From assembly GCA_965207885.1 (NCBI GenBank), contig OZ242311.1, positions 1,696,001-1,760,000 on the forward strand: DNA of 64,000 bases. Direction: 5' to 3'. The notes under the pieces were generated by a model, which saw nothing but the letters and a program-made list of their open reading frames with translations, had not been told where the DNA came from and made no database searches. Shown here piece by piece: positions 8,621 through 18,242 of the stretch (the stretch's first letter is position 1; each line of letters starts with the position of its first letter). Made by a program: the position numbers and the translations under genes. This DNA is from Candidatus Latescibacterota bacterium (GTDB lineage Bacteria > Latescibacterota > UBA2968).

Positions 8621-10681
8621 TCAAGGTCGCGTCCCTCGGCTCGTGCGCGCAGACTGTGCAATGAGCATCTCTGCACCCATCGCCATCAAAGCTGCCAACA
8701 GCACCCATCGCCAGAGTTCCTGACCGTGCCTCTGAGAAAGGACAGCCTCCTTCAAATCGGCCTTGTCATCCACAACGCGCAAGCGATCTTTACCAAAAAG
8801 TGCCTCGAGTTGCGCCATCGGAACCGGAGTCAAATCGGGTTCGCGCTCATCAATCTGAACCGCAAAGCGATCAGAAACGCGCTCGCGCGCAAAAATCTCC
8901 CACAGCCCTGGCTCATCCACCACGCCAACCGGCCACACCGATTGCAAGCCGCGTTGTTGAGGCCAAATTGTTCTGGGTTCTCCACCTGGCGCTTGCAAAA
9001 CAGCTTCAGAAGCATTTTCCCGTCGGATATCTCTGTACACGACCTGACCGACGCGATAGTCAGAACGACCAAATGCCCCGGCCGCCAGATATCCGCTCAG
9101 GCGATGCACAAATGGAACAAAAAAGCCGGAAAGCGGCGCGTCATTCCATCCCAAATTCGCGCTTACCGAAGACGCAAACAGCACGACGCGCCCATTGCCC
9201 TTGCGAGACTCGAGAAGCGCGGGTGCCCCCGAGGCAAAGGACAACACAGGGCGTGCATTTGCCGCGGGCAAAACCCGATAAGAAACAAAAAAACGCGGGC
9301 TTTGAAACGCCCCCTTGAGTTCCAGGCCCGATAGCATGGGATGGTCGGGCAAAACCGTCTGCAAAGCCTGATAAGCACCCGACAACGCGCCCCGAGTACC
9401 GAGCAATTTAGCCGGAAAAAGCGCGGGCAACACATGCTCATTATAATATCGGACATCTATTTGATCCCCCAAAAAAATAGCCAGACCAACCCCGCGTGAT
9501 ATCCGATTTTGCAAAGCGGCAATCGCACCTGTAGAAAGCCGCGCGACATTGCACAAAAAAACCACATCGACACCTTCCAGCACCTGATCTGATACGCGTT
9601 CGGGTTTAACATGCACCACTTCGCTTGAGGCAACGGACAAAGCCTCTGCGAGATAATAAGACTCGTGGGACACCTGACCCACCAGCAAAATGCGAACGCG
9701 CTCTGGAACGCGCAACACCGTCACGCGCTCGTTGTCTGCCTCGAGAGCGTCTGCCCCGATTTCCACACGCAGGGCAACATCCCCTCCTGTTTTGGGCACA
9801 AACGACGTATGCAATTTGCGACGCCCGCCCGCAGGTACATGGGCAATATCCTGACCAATGCGCCGATCATCCAAAAATATCTGCACAGGCACATCGCCTC
9901 GATTTGCCACACCATAATTGATCAATTCGATCGCCAGCGTGGTTGAACGCCCGACCTCTGGAGAAGTGGTATTGATCTGCCCGATGCCAATATTGGCAAC
10001 TTGCGAAGGCCGCTCGGAAATGATGTACACCGATACATCGTCCAAATTAGACAGTGTATCGGGCAAATTCGCCCATCCATTATATGCGCGATCCGTTACA
10101 AAATACAACTCGCGATTGGGCATCTGTGACCCGGACAAATGCGACAAAGCCAATTGCAATCCCGCCTCAAAATCTGTACTGCCAAATCCGGGTTGCAGCG
10201 TATCCATAAACAACCGCAACCGCTCTGGCGAAGTCACATCGACCTCCTCGACACCCTTATCGATCAGTGCCAGACGCACATCGTCGCGCTCATCAAACAG
10301 AGCCAATAGAGCCTGCGCCTTGCGAAGTGCGCGCTCAAACAAAGTACCTTCTGCTGTGCGGTATTGCATACTCAACGAACGATCGAGCAAAATAACCGCC
10401 GACGTACCCGCATCGCCCACCTGCCCACTGCCCCCACTCAAAGTCGGACGCGCGAAAGCCAGCACGAGCAAAACAATGAGCAGGGTTCGCAAAATGAGCA
10501 ACGCGAGATGCTTGAATTTTAGCCGTCGCATGCGGTCGTGCTGGAGTTTTTGCAAAAGTGCCACATTTGAAAACGACACCGTTACTGCACGGCGCCGATT
10601 CAGTAAATGAATCACAAGCGGCAACAACGCCGCCCACAAACCGTGCAACAACATCGGATTTGTAAATGAAAGACCGAACAT
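8621..10681 (-). CDS. BatA/VWA domain-containing membrane protein
   Basis: F.NP..L.GL.AALLPL.IHLL.RRR BatA N-terminus, LAFARP, LLDRSLSM MIDAS, C-terminal ELWRW TM segment. Confidence 0.9.
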   Translation of the reverse strand: MFGLSFTNPMLLHGLWAALLPLVIHLLNRRRAVTVSFSNVALLQKLQHDRMRRLKFKHLALLILRTLLIVLLVLAFARPTLSGGSGQVGDAGTSAVILLDRSLSMQYRTAEGTLFERALRKAQALLALFDERDDVRLALIDKGVEEVDVTSPERLRLFMDTLQPGFGSTDFEAGLQLALSHLSGSQMPNRELYFVTDRAYNGWANLPDTLSNLDDVSVYIISERPSQVANIGIGQINTTSPEVGRSTTLAIELINYGVANRGDVPVQIFLDDRRIGQDIAHVPAGGRRKLHTSFVPKTGGDVALRVEIGADALEADNERVTVLRVPERVRILLVGQVSHESYYLAEALSVASSEVVHVKPERVSDQVLEGVDVVFLCNVARLSTGAIAALQNRISRGVGLAIFLGDQIDVRYYNEHVLPALFPAKLLGTRGALSGAYQALQTVLPDHPMLSGLELKGAFQSPRFFVSYRVLPAANARPVLSFASGAPALLESRKGNGRVVLFASSVSANLGWNDAPLSGFFVPFVHRLSGYLAAGAFGRSDYRVGQVVYRDIRRENASEAVLQAPGGEPRTIWPQQRGLQSVWPVGVVDEPGLWEIFARERVSDRFAVQIDEREPDLTPVPMAQLEALFGKDRLRVVDDKADLKEAVLSQRHGQELWRWVLLAALMAMGAEMLIAQSARTSRGTRP

Positions 10682-10698
10682 GAAAAAAGCTCAAACAA

Positions 10699-10725
10699 AA
10701 AAACCTGCTTCATAGAAAAGCAGGC
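10699..10725 (-). terminator. Probable intrinsic terminator after the PTS IIA gene
   Basis: CCTGCTT/AAGCAGG stem followed by a T-run on the minus strand. Confidence 0.55.
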
Positions 10726-10750
10726 ATCGGGTCGATTCTTATGATATTTA

Positions 10751-11212
10751 TTAGTTTTTCTTATCTTCCGCTTCAATAATCGCCAGAGCCTCCTCGCGAT
10801 TTCTAATGCCAATCAGACGCTGTCTAAAATCCTCTCCTTTGAGCACTCTTGATATCCGCGCTAAGGCTTTAATATGCGGTCCCGAGACATTTAGGGGCGA
10901 GACCAGAAGAAAAAAAATGTAGGTCTTTTTGCCATCTAAAGCATTAAAATTGATACCATCCGACTTGATGCCCAGCACACCGCCCAGCGTCGTGGCATAT
11001 TCCGATTTTCCATGGGGAATGGCAATACCGTGTCCAATACCCGTACTCATAATATCTTCGCGCTCTAAAACCGCCTGGAGCACCTTATCGCGGTCAGTAA
11101 TTTTATCGCCTACTTCGAGTTCATTAACAAGCTCTTCGAGAATTTCCCGCTTGTTTTGCCCCTTAAGCCCGATAATGACCGATTTGCCCGACAGAATCTC
11201 CATCAACGTCAT
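10751..11212 (-). CDS. PTS IIA (fructose/nitrogen-regulatory PtsN-like) protein
   Basis: LERE..MSTGIG.GIAIPH with phospho-His; HIKALARISR. Confidence 0.9.
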   Translation of the reverse strand: MTLMEILSGKSVIIGLKGQNKREILEELVNELEVGDKITDRDKVLQAVLEREDIMSTGIGHGIAIPHGKSEYATTLGGVLGIKSDGINFNALDGKKTYIFFLLVSPLNVSGPHIKALARISRVLKGEDFRQRLIGIRNREEALAIIEAEDKKN

Positions 11213-11459
11213 AAATGCCCTTTCATTCGAGTGAGAGCATAGACATCCCTGCCTGCGCGCCTATCCGCACACATCGCTTTCAGACGGAAAATAAAACGCC
11301 CCTTCAACTAAGTCAAGAAAATTAGATATATTTATACCTGTGCAGCTTCATAAGTCACAAAAGTCATTGAGAAATTCAGCAAAAGTTTTTAATGTTTAAA
11401 AGAAACCAAAAACCCAAACAAGCGTGTAAAAACTGCCTCGACACTTACAAGGATTATCC

Positions 11460-13766
11460 ATGTTCAAAGTCCTCTACTCGACCATTTATCTACTCATCAT
11501 CAGTTTTGCAAGCACGGGATTCGCGCAAAACGGCGACCTCCACGACGTCATCAACCGGTTGAAAGCAGATCTGGCTACCGCGTCTGATTCGTCGGCGAAC
11601 TACGCGCGCCTGGGCCTGCTCTATTTGCGCCTTGAAGAAGCCGACAGCGCCGAAGCAGCCTTTCAAAATGCACTCGCCTTGCGCCCCAATCTCGCCATTG
11701 CCCACACGGGCCTGGGTCGCGTGTACCAAAATCTGCGAAACAAACCCAACCGCGCGCTGTCGCACTATGAAAAAGCGGTCGCCATCGACACCACAGACGC
11801 CGACGCCCACGACCGCCTCATCAAAACCCTGCTCGCCCTTGAAGACATGGGAAGCCGCGCGCGAAAAGCGGCCTCCCAAACTATTGCGCGATTTCCCGAT
11901 CTGCCTTCGCCCTATCTCCTGCTCGCGCGCGCACACCGCGAAGAAGGAAGCGCGCATCAAGTCGCGCTTTACTACTACAAAAAATACCTCGAACGCAACC
12001 CCGAAGACCACGAAACCGCATACCAATTTACCTACGCGCTATACGAAGCCAAAGAATACCGCGACCTCGAAGACATCACATCGCGCATGCGAGGAGACCC
12101 CCGCGCACTGCCATTGCTCGCCCAGGCCCTCATACAAAGACGCGACCACGAAGGCGCATTGGCGGCATTTCAACGTTATATCGAGACCCTGTCCAAAGAA
12201 GAACAGCCCCTCTTTGACGACATCTCTTATATCGGCTCAAGAGCCGAAGCGCGCGCTTACCGCCTCGCGTCGGCCTCGGACGACAAAACACAACGCGAGC
12301 GTTTTCTCACACGCTTCTGGTTGCAAAAAGATCCCTTTAAAACCTCGGGAGGCGCACTGCGCCGAGCCGAACACTACCGCAGGGTATGGCATGCGCGAAC
12401 CCATTTTGGCAGAAAGTGGCCGTGGGATCGCCGGGGAGAAATCTACATTCGATATGGAGAACCCGATTACATCTCCACCTCTCGCAAACTCAACGCCATC
12501 GTACCACTCGACGTACAGCGCCTTCAAGAACAAAGAGCGTATGCGATTTACGGCGATGCGGGCATTGAGGCAAACTTCGTCGGTCCCGTCTATCCGATTC
12601 GCACCATGGAAGAAGGCGGCCTGGGTCGCGTGGGCAACATGGGCTTTACCGACTACCGCCCCGTCACAACGACCAGCGGCTGGACCTCTGTACCCTGGGA
12701 AGTCTGGATATACAAAAACCTCGGACAGGGCGCAGAATTTACATTTACCGATGAATTTCTGGGCGGAAACTTCGATTTTGCCCCCGTCCCATCGCTGACC
12801 GAAGAAGACCTCGCCAATGCCGAATCCTCCGGACGGTCGTACATGAGCGTTATTCAGCGCCTCAACGAATTTAACTCCGCCACCCTCGCCCAATCGCTCG
12901 CGGCAATAGAACCCGAATTGTACAGCATAGAAGCGCTCGACCCCCTCGACTTTTACTTCGACGCCCTCACCTTTCGGGGACCGGAAAACAAAACCGAATT
13001 GCAGGTCATATTTGGCCTGCCTTTAGACAACGTAGCCCTGCCCACAGATCCGGACACCACTGTAGTCGTCGAACGTCGCACCGCACTTATCTACCCCCGC
13101 GCCCTCGATTTTCAGAACACCAAAAGCGCATTGGCCATCGACATCACCGATGATATTCGTGACCGGGGTTTACAAGCCCTCAGCAGCGTGCGCCACATCG
13201 CCGAACCCGGCGTATATGAACTGGCCGTCGAAGCATGGCGTCAAGACACCAACCGCATTGGTGCCTATCGCCAGGGCGATCTTCGCTTGCCCGCCTATCA
13301 CGACAAAAGCCATCTGATGATGAGCGACATCCAGGTCGCCTCCCGCATCATCGAAGCGGACCGCGCACCCGACACATCCTTTGTGCGCGGCGACCTTTAC
13401 ATTCAGCCGCAGCCCTCGGCAGCCTTTGTCCCCGGCATGTCCATGTACGTTTACTTTGAAATCTACAACCTCAAACGCGACGAATTTGGACAGACGCGCT
13501 ACACCATCTCCTACGAAGTACAAAAACGCCAGGAAACCGGTTTCGCACTCGTCTCCCTCCTCGCCAAATTGGGCAAAAAAAATACCGAGGCCGTTGGCCT
13601 CAGCTTTGATCAAGTCGGTACAAACCCCGACGAAAACACCTATCTCGAAATGCCCCTCACCAATCTCGCACCCGGACGCTACACCCTCAAACTCACAATC
13701 ACAGACAAAAACGCCGACCAGACCACAAAAAAAGATGCTGTCTTTTTTCTTATGGGCACCCGATAA
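11460..13766 (+). CDS. TPR + GWxTD domain-containing secreted protein
   Basis: Signal peptide, TPR helices, FW..KDP...EHYRRV..A...WDRRGEIYIRYGEPD, WEVWIY. Confidence 0.85.
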   Translation: MFKVLYSTIYLLIISFASTGFAQNGDLHDVINRLKADLATASDSSANYARLGLLYLRLEEADSAEAAFQNALALRPNLAIAHTGLGRVYQNLRNKPNRALSHYEKAVAIDTTDADAHDRLIKTLLALEDMGSRARKAASQTIARFPDLPSPYLLLARAHREEGSAHQVALYYYKKYLERNPEDHETAYQFTYALYEAKEYRDLEDITSRMRGDPRALPLLAQALIQRRDHEGALAAFQRYIETLSKEEQPLFDDISYIGSRAEARAYRLASASDDKTQRERFLTRFWLQKDPFKTSGGALRRAEHYRRVWHARTHFGRKWPWDRRGEIYIRYGEPDYISTSRKLNAIVPLDVQRLQEQRAYAIYGDAGIEANFVGPVYPIRTMEEGGLGRVGNMGFTDYRPVTTTSGWTSVPWEVWIYKNLGQGAEFTFTDEFLGGNFDFAPVPSLTEEDLANAESSGRSYMSVIQRLNEFNSATLAQSLAAIEPELYSIEALDPLDFYFDALTFRGPENKTELQVIFGLPLDNVALPTDPDTTVVVERRTALIYPRALDFQNTKSALAIDITDDIRDRGLQALSSVRHIAEPGVYELAVEAWRQDTNRIGAYRQGDLRLPAYHDKSHLMMSDIQVASRIIEADRAPDTSFVRGDLYIQPQPSAAFVPGMSMYVYFEIYNLKRDEFGQTRYTISYEVQKRQETGFALVSLLAKLGKKNTEAVGLSFDQVGTNPDENTYLEMPLTNLAPGRYTLKLTITDKNADQTTKKDAVFFLMGTR

Positions 13767-13769
13767 TTC

Positions 13770-14300
13770 TCACCCCGTTCTAATCACATACGTCTCTGCC
13801 ACGCGGTCGTGGATCCCCTGACCATCGGGATGACGCCGCGCCATGTGAATCAACACCACCCAGACCACCGTACCGATCACCATCGCAGTCGAAGAAACCG
13901 CAGCCGATTGTCCATCAACTTCAACGGTATCCATCACTTCTCCATCCGCGGGACTCTGATACAACTCCTCTGGCGTCAACAGAGCCATCACAATAAACAG
14001 CACAAAAACCGGCGCCCACTTCACCACTGCACGCTGAAACGTCTGCCCATAACTCAACCCGCCACCCTGAGCATCAATCACGCGCAATCCCAACAACATC
14101 TTGCCCGGCGTCTGGCCCATAACCCCCACAAATATCGCGGAATATATCACAATAAAAATAAAATCCACCATCCACACACCCGCAGGCGATAGCAGCATAT
14201 TGCGCAGAACCACCGTCAGCACCAAGTGCAAAATCAAAAAATCCAGCACCGTTGCCAACAGACGCCGTCCTATCCCGGCGATTTCGCTTTGCATCAACAT
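13770..14300 (-). CDS. RDD family membrane protein
   Basis: RRLLA..LD, GQTPGK..LGLRV, Q.IHD.VA.T.VI. Confidence 0.9.
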   Translation of the reverse strand: MLMQSEIAGIGRRLLATVLDFLILHLVLTVVLRNMLLSPAGVWMVDFIFIVIYSAIFVGVMGQTPGKMLLGLRVIDAQGGGLSYGQTFQRAVVKWAPVFVLFIVMALLTPEELYQSPADGEVMDTVEVDGQSAAVSSTAMVIGTVVWVVLIHMARRHPDGQGIHDRVAETYVIRTG

Positions 14301-14347
14301 ATCTTCACCTTATTATTATGAATATAACTAAAAACTCAGGGGATAAC

Positions 14348-15640
14348 ATGGACCATATCTTTGACGCACAGGGCATACGACGTGCCGTTCTCGTTGGGAT
14401 GGCACAACGCGGTATCTCCACGCGCAGCGCCAGAGAATCTCTCGAAGAACTCGCGCGCCTGGCCACCACTGCCACCTTTGAGGTAATTGATCGCACATTG
14501 CAAAATCGCGACAAACCCGATCCAGCCACCTATATAGGTTCGGGCAAAATCGACGAACTTCGAGAAATGGCCCAAAAGAGAAATATCGACGCGATCATCT
14601 TTGACAATGACCTTTCGCCCTCGCAAATGCGCAACCTCGAAATCGATATTGGGGTACGCATCCTCGACCGTAGCCTGCTCATTCTCGATATTTTTGCTTT
14701 ACACGCACGCACACGCACCGCGCAAATTCAAGTGCAAATGGCCCACCTGCGTTATTTGCGCCCCCGCATTCGCCAGTTTAATCCCCACGCAGAACGTCGC
14801 GCAGGCCTCGGATCGGGTGAAACGCACACCGAAACCACCCGCAGGTGGATCGAACAACGCGGAAAGTCCCTCTACGACAGCCTCAAACGAGTGAGACGTC
14901 AAATGGACACAAGCCGCAAAGGGCGCAGCCATAGTTTTAACGTCGTGCTCGTTGGCTATACCAACGCGGGCAAATCCACGCTTATGCGCGGGATTTCGGG
15001 TGAAAATGTTCTGGTCGAAAATCAGCTTTTTGCCACTTTGACCAACACCACGCGCAGCGTCGATGTCCAAAGCCATCGCCCCATCTTGCTCACCGACACC
15101 GTCGGCTTTATCAACCGCTTACCGCACCACCTCTTTGCCTGCTTTCGCGCCACATTACAAGAAGCCGTACAGGCAGACCTGCTCCTTCACGTTGTCGATG
15201 CCAGCCATTCGCAATACAAAATGCAAATGATCACAGTCCGCGAAGTCCTCACAAAACTCAAAATTGATGACAAACCCGTCCTGACTGTCTATAACAAAAT
15301 GGACCTCGCGAATTCTGAACGACAAAAAGAAATTGACAAACGCTGCGCAAAAAATCCCAATGCGCTTGCAATTTCTGCGCTCGACGTCGCTAATCTCGAC
15401 GCGGTAAAAAATCGGATATGCGATTTTCTGGCTGCCGATGCGGTCACCCTAAAACTTCATGTGCCACAAAGTGAAGGCAAACTCCTCTCGCAACTTTACA
15501 CCCACAGCGAAATACTGACCCTGGATTATGAGGGCAATGACGTACACCTGCGCATTCGCCTCAATTCCAACCATGCCGAGCGTCTGCAACTGGACCGCTT
15601 CCTGTCCGCGAGCCACATACAGGCAGATGCCCCGGCTTAA
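14348..15640 (+). CDS. hflX: GTPase HflX (divergent)
   Basis: YIGSGK..EL, LSPSQ.RNLE, LILDIFA.HART, GYTNAGKST, DTVGFI, NKMD. Confidence 0.9.
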   Translation: MDHIFDAQGIRRAVLVGMAQRGISTRSARESLEELARLATTATFEVIDRTLQNRDKPDPATYIGSGKIDELREMAQKRNIDAIIFDNDLSPSQMRNLEIDIGVRILDRSLLILDIFALHARTRTAQIQVQMAHLRYLRPRIRQFNPHAERRAGLGSGETHTETTRRWIEQRGKSLYDSLKRVRRQMDTSRKGRSHSFNVVLVGYTNAGKSTLMRGISGENVLVENQLFATLTNTTRSVDVQSHRPILLTDTVGFINRLPHHLFACFRATLQEAVQADLLLHVVDASHSQYKMQMITVREVLTKLKIDDKPVLTVYNKMDLANSERQKEIDKRCAKNPNALAISALDVANLDAVKNRICDFLAADAVTLKLHVPQSEGKLLSQLYTHSEILTLDYEGNDVHLRIRLNSNHAERLQLDRFLSASHIQADAPA

Positions 15641-16416
15641 TCACTCCTCGCAATCAACGCTCTCGTCGTCGCAACGACAAGCCGCCTGGGCAATAAGCGC
15701 ACAGTAAAAGCCAGTATCTTACTCATCAACCCGTGAATAGCGACCCGCTTTCCCTTTTGCATAGCTCTATACCCGTATTTTGCCACATCGGCCCCCGTGG
15801 GCAATCCGCGCATATCGAACAAACGCGAACCCGTTGCACCTGCGGCGCGTTGAAAACCCGTCTCCGTTGCCCCTGGACACAGCGCAGTCACGCTCACACC
15901 CGTACCCTTTAACTCATTGGCAATCGCATCTGAAAACGACAACACATACGCCTTAGTCGCAAAGTACACAGCCATCCTCGGACCGGGCTGAAACGCCGCA
16001 GTCGAAGCCACATTCAAAATTCTTCCCCGACCTCTATCAATCAAATCCGGCAAAAACAACTTGGTCAAATGCGTCAAAGCGACAATATTCACCTGCAACA
16101 TATCCGCTTCGGCCAACCAATCTGTCTCCGCGTAAAAACCATAAACCCCAAATCCGGCATTATTCACCAGATAATCCACATCCCATCCCATTTCCCTGAC
16201 CCGATCATAAACCTTCTCAGCCTCGCCCGGCACGGACAAATCGGCCACAATCACCTCGGCTCTCACACCATACTTCTCCCGCACTTCTTCTGCCAGATCG
16301 TGCAACTTATCCTCGGACCGCGCCGACAAAATCACATCAATCCCATCAGCCGCAAACACCCGCGCCAATTCCAAACCAATACCACTCGACGCGCCCGTAA
16401 TCAGTGCTATTGCCAT
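15637..16416 (-). CDS. SDR family oxidoreductase
   Basis: ITGASSGIG, NNAG, YFATK. Confidence 0.93.
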   Translation of the reverse strand: MAIALITGASSGIGLELARVFAADGIDVILSARSEDKLHDLAEEVREKYGVRAEVIVADLSVPGEAEKVYDRVREMGWDVDYLVNNAGFGVYGFYAETDWLAEADMLQVNIVALTHLTKLFLPDLIDRGRGRILNVASTAAFQPGPRMAVYFATKAYVLSFSDAIANELKGTGVSVTALCPGATETGFQRAAGATGSRLFDMRGLPTGADVAKYGYRAMQKGKRVAIHGLMSKILAFTVRLLPRRLVVATTRALIARSD

Positions 16417-16541
16417 AAGACCCGCCTCCTTTTACCTCAATATGCAAAAAAAATCGCGCAATTGCGAACCTAATTATCTGCTTTACAGGTGCCCCAATAA
16501 TAACTATTCTTGTTTCCCATCCCACAAACACCGAGGCAACC

Positions 16542-17570
16542 ATGAAACTATTGCAATTCGCACAACCCGAGCAGGGATCTCGCCTGGGGCTTGTCAAAGG
16601 CGACGATATCTTTGACCTCACGGCCTGTGCCCCCCACCCGGCCTCGCTTCACGACCTCTATTATCGCCACGGGGGCAACAAAAACAGTATTGAAACCACA
16701 GTAGATTCAATCAATATCCGCAATGCGCCGCGCCTCTCACTCCGCGACCTCATGGACAACACGGACGACCCCGATCAACCCCACCTCATCAGCCCGGTAA
16801 CCGCACCGGCAGATGCACCGCATAAATTGCGGATCTGGCTGGCGGGAGTCACCCACGAAGACAGCGCCAAATTGCGCGAAATCGAAGCCAAACAGGCCAC
16901 GGGTGATACCGTCAACGTCTATGATCAAAAATACCGGGAATGTGCACAGGGCGGCACGCCCGAACTCTTTGCCAAAAACGACACCGCTGCCCTCGTCGGA
17001 CACGGCGGATGTATATCGCACCCGCACAACACCCAGCGCCTCGTACCCGAAACAGAACTCGTAACCATCTATGGCCTCAATGACACAGGCCAAATTGAGC
17101 GTTTGGGCTACACTGGCGGCAATGATTACACCGACAACGGCATCGAAGCCGAAAACCCACTCAACTTACCCCAGGCCAAAAACTGGTCCCACGGCTGCGC
17201 CAGCCTCGGTCCCCTGATGGTCACCAACTCTGCTTATGACAACAGCAGCGTAGCCGTCTCTTGCGAAGTGATACGCAACAACACGCGCATAGCCTACAAA
17301 GAAGGGCATACCGGGCAAAACCATCTCAACATGCCCGACGGACTCTTTCACCTCGAACGATCGCTCTTTTCCCGCCTACCTCTTGAACCCGACACCCTGC
17401 AAATCCTCTACTGGGGCACACCCATTGTCTTTTCCGACGACGACCTCGAAAGCGGCTTGCGCGAAGGCGACCGCGTGTGCATGACCTTTGAAGGCATTGG
17501 ACCCCTCGAAAATCCCATCGTCGCTTTTCCGCAAACAAATCAACTGCAATGGCTGGATAATCACAGATGA
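16542..17570 (+). CDS. Fumarylacetoacetate hydrolase family protein
   Basis: W.AGVT, PELFAK, PETEL, GYT.GND, E.ENPL.LPQAK. Confidence 0.8.
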   Translation: MKLLQFAQPEQGSRLGLVKGDDIFDLTACAPHPASLHDLYYRHGGNKNSIETTVDSINIRNAPRLSLRDLMDNTDDPDQPHLISPVTAPADAPHKLRIWLAGVTHEDSAKLREIEAKQATGDTVNVYDQKYRECAQGGTPELFAKNDTAALVGHGGCISHPHNTQRLVPETELVTIYGLNDTGQIERLGYTGGNDYTDNGIEAENPLNLPQAKNWSHGCASLGPLMVTNSAYDNSSVAVSCEVIRNNTRIAYKEGHTGQNHLNMPDGLFHLERSLFSRLPLEPDTLQILYWGTPIVFSDDDLESGLREGDRVCMTFEGIGPLENPIVAFPQTNQLQWLDNHR

Positions 17571-17582
17571 AAAGGAGGCACC

Positions 17583-17975
17583 ATGAACCGCTCGCTACTC
17601 ATCGCACTCATTCTCACAATCAGTTCCCTCATCTCTCTGATCGTCACCGCATCTTTCGCCCAAATTCCCGACACCTACACCAACTTAAGAGTCCTGCCCA
17701 AAGACATCAAAAAAGCGCAACTCATGCAGTACATGAAAGATTTTAGCAAAGCCTTGGGCGTGCGCTGTCACGCTTGCCACAAAGGAGAAGAAGGCCAATC
17801 CCTATCCACTTACGACTTTGCCTCAGACGAAAACCCCCGCAAAGACATCGCGCGCCTCATGATCACCATGACACAAAAAATCAACGGCGAAATCCTCAAA
17901 GACTTCAAAGAAGGACAATTCACCCAGATCACCTGCCAGACCTGTCATCGGGGACAACAAGTACCGGATGCCTGA
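17583..17975 (+). CDS. Periplasmic di-heme c-type cytochrome
   Basis: Signal peptide, NL.VLP, two CxxCH motifs (CHACH, CQTCH). Confidence 0.85.
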   Translation: MNRSLLIALILTISSLISLIVTASFAQIPDTYTNLRVLPKDIKKAQLMQYMKDFSKALGVRCHACHKGEEGQSLSTYDFASDENPRKDIARLMITMTQKINGEILKDFKEGQFTQITCQTCHRGQQVPDA

Positions 17976-18131
17976 CATCTCCTCTCCCCCGGAAGATGCG
18001 AGATGCCCTGTTTTTTCGCCATACTTTACCAACCGGTCAACTAATCATATCATTTTACTAATTAACAACATCTTACATAAATATATTTCCTTAAAATTTG
18101 CCATTCTCTCGCAAAAAAATACGCTCTACAT

Positions 18132-18160
18132 TTGACAAAATTCATTATCCCTCGTAAATT
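18132..18160 (+). promoter_or_regulatory. Sigma70-type promoter of the pdh operon
   Basis: TTGACA-17 bp-TAAATT upstream of aceE. Confidence 0.6.
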
Positions 18161-18242
18161 TCACACACAGAAGAGACATTTGGATAAGCGCGTATATTGT
18201 TTTTAATACTCGTCATTGCACCACAGAACAAAGGGGTTTACC

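Noticed and set aside
11632-12798. Long alternative-frame and antisense ORFs (e.g. 11632-12798, 26471-27229, 61349-62092)
   Set aside because: They overlap well-supported genes, have biased composition and no motifs; shadows of codon bias
17583-17975. Photosynthetic reaction-centre cytochrome implying phototrophy
   Set aside because: Only two heme motifs in 130 aa and no puf/bch genes in the window
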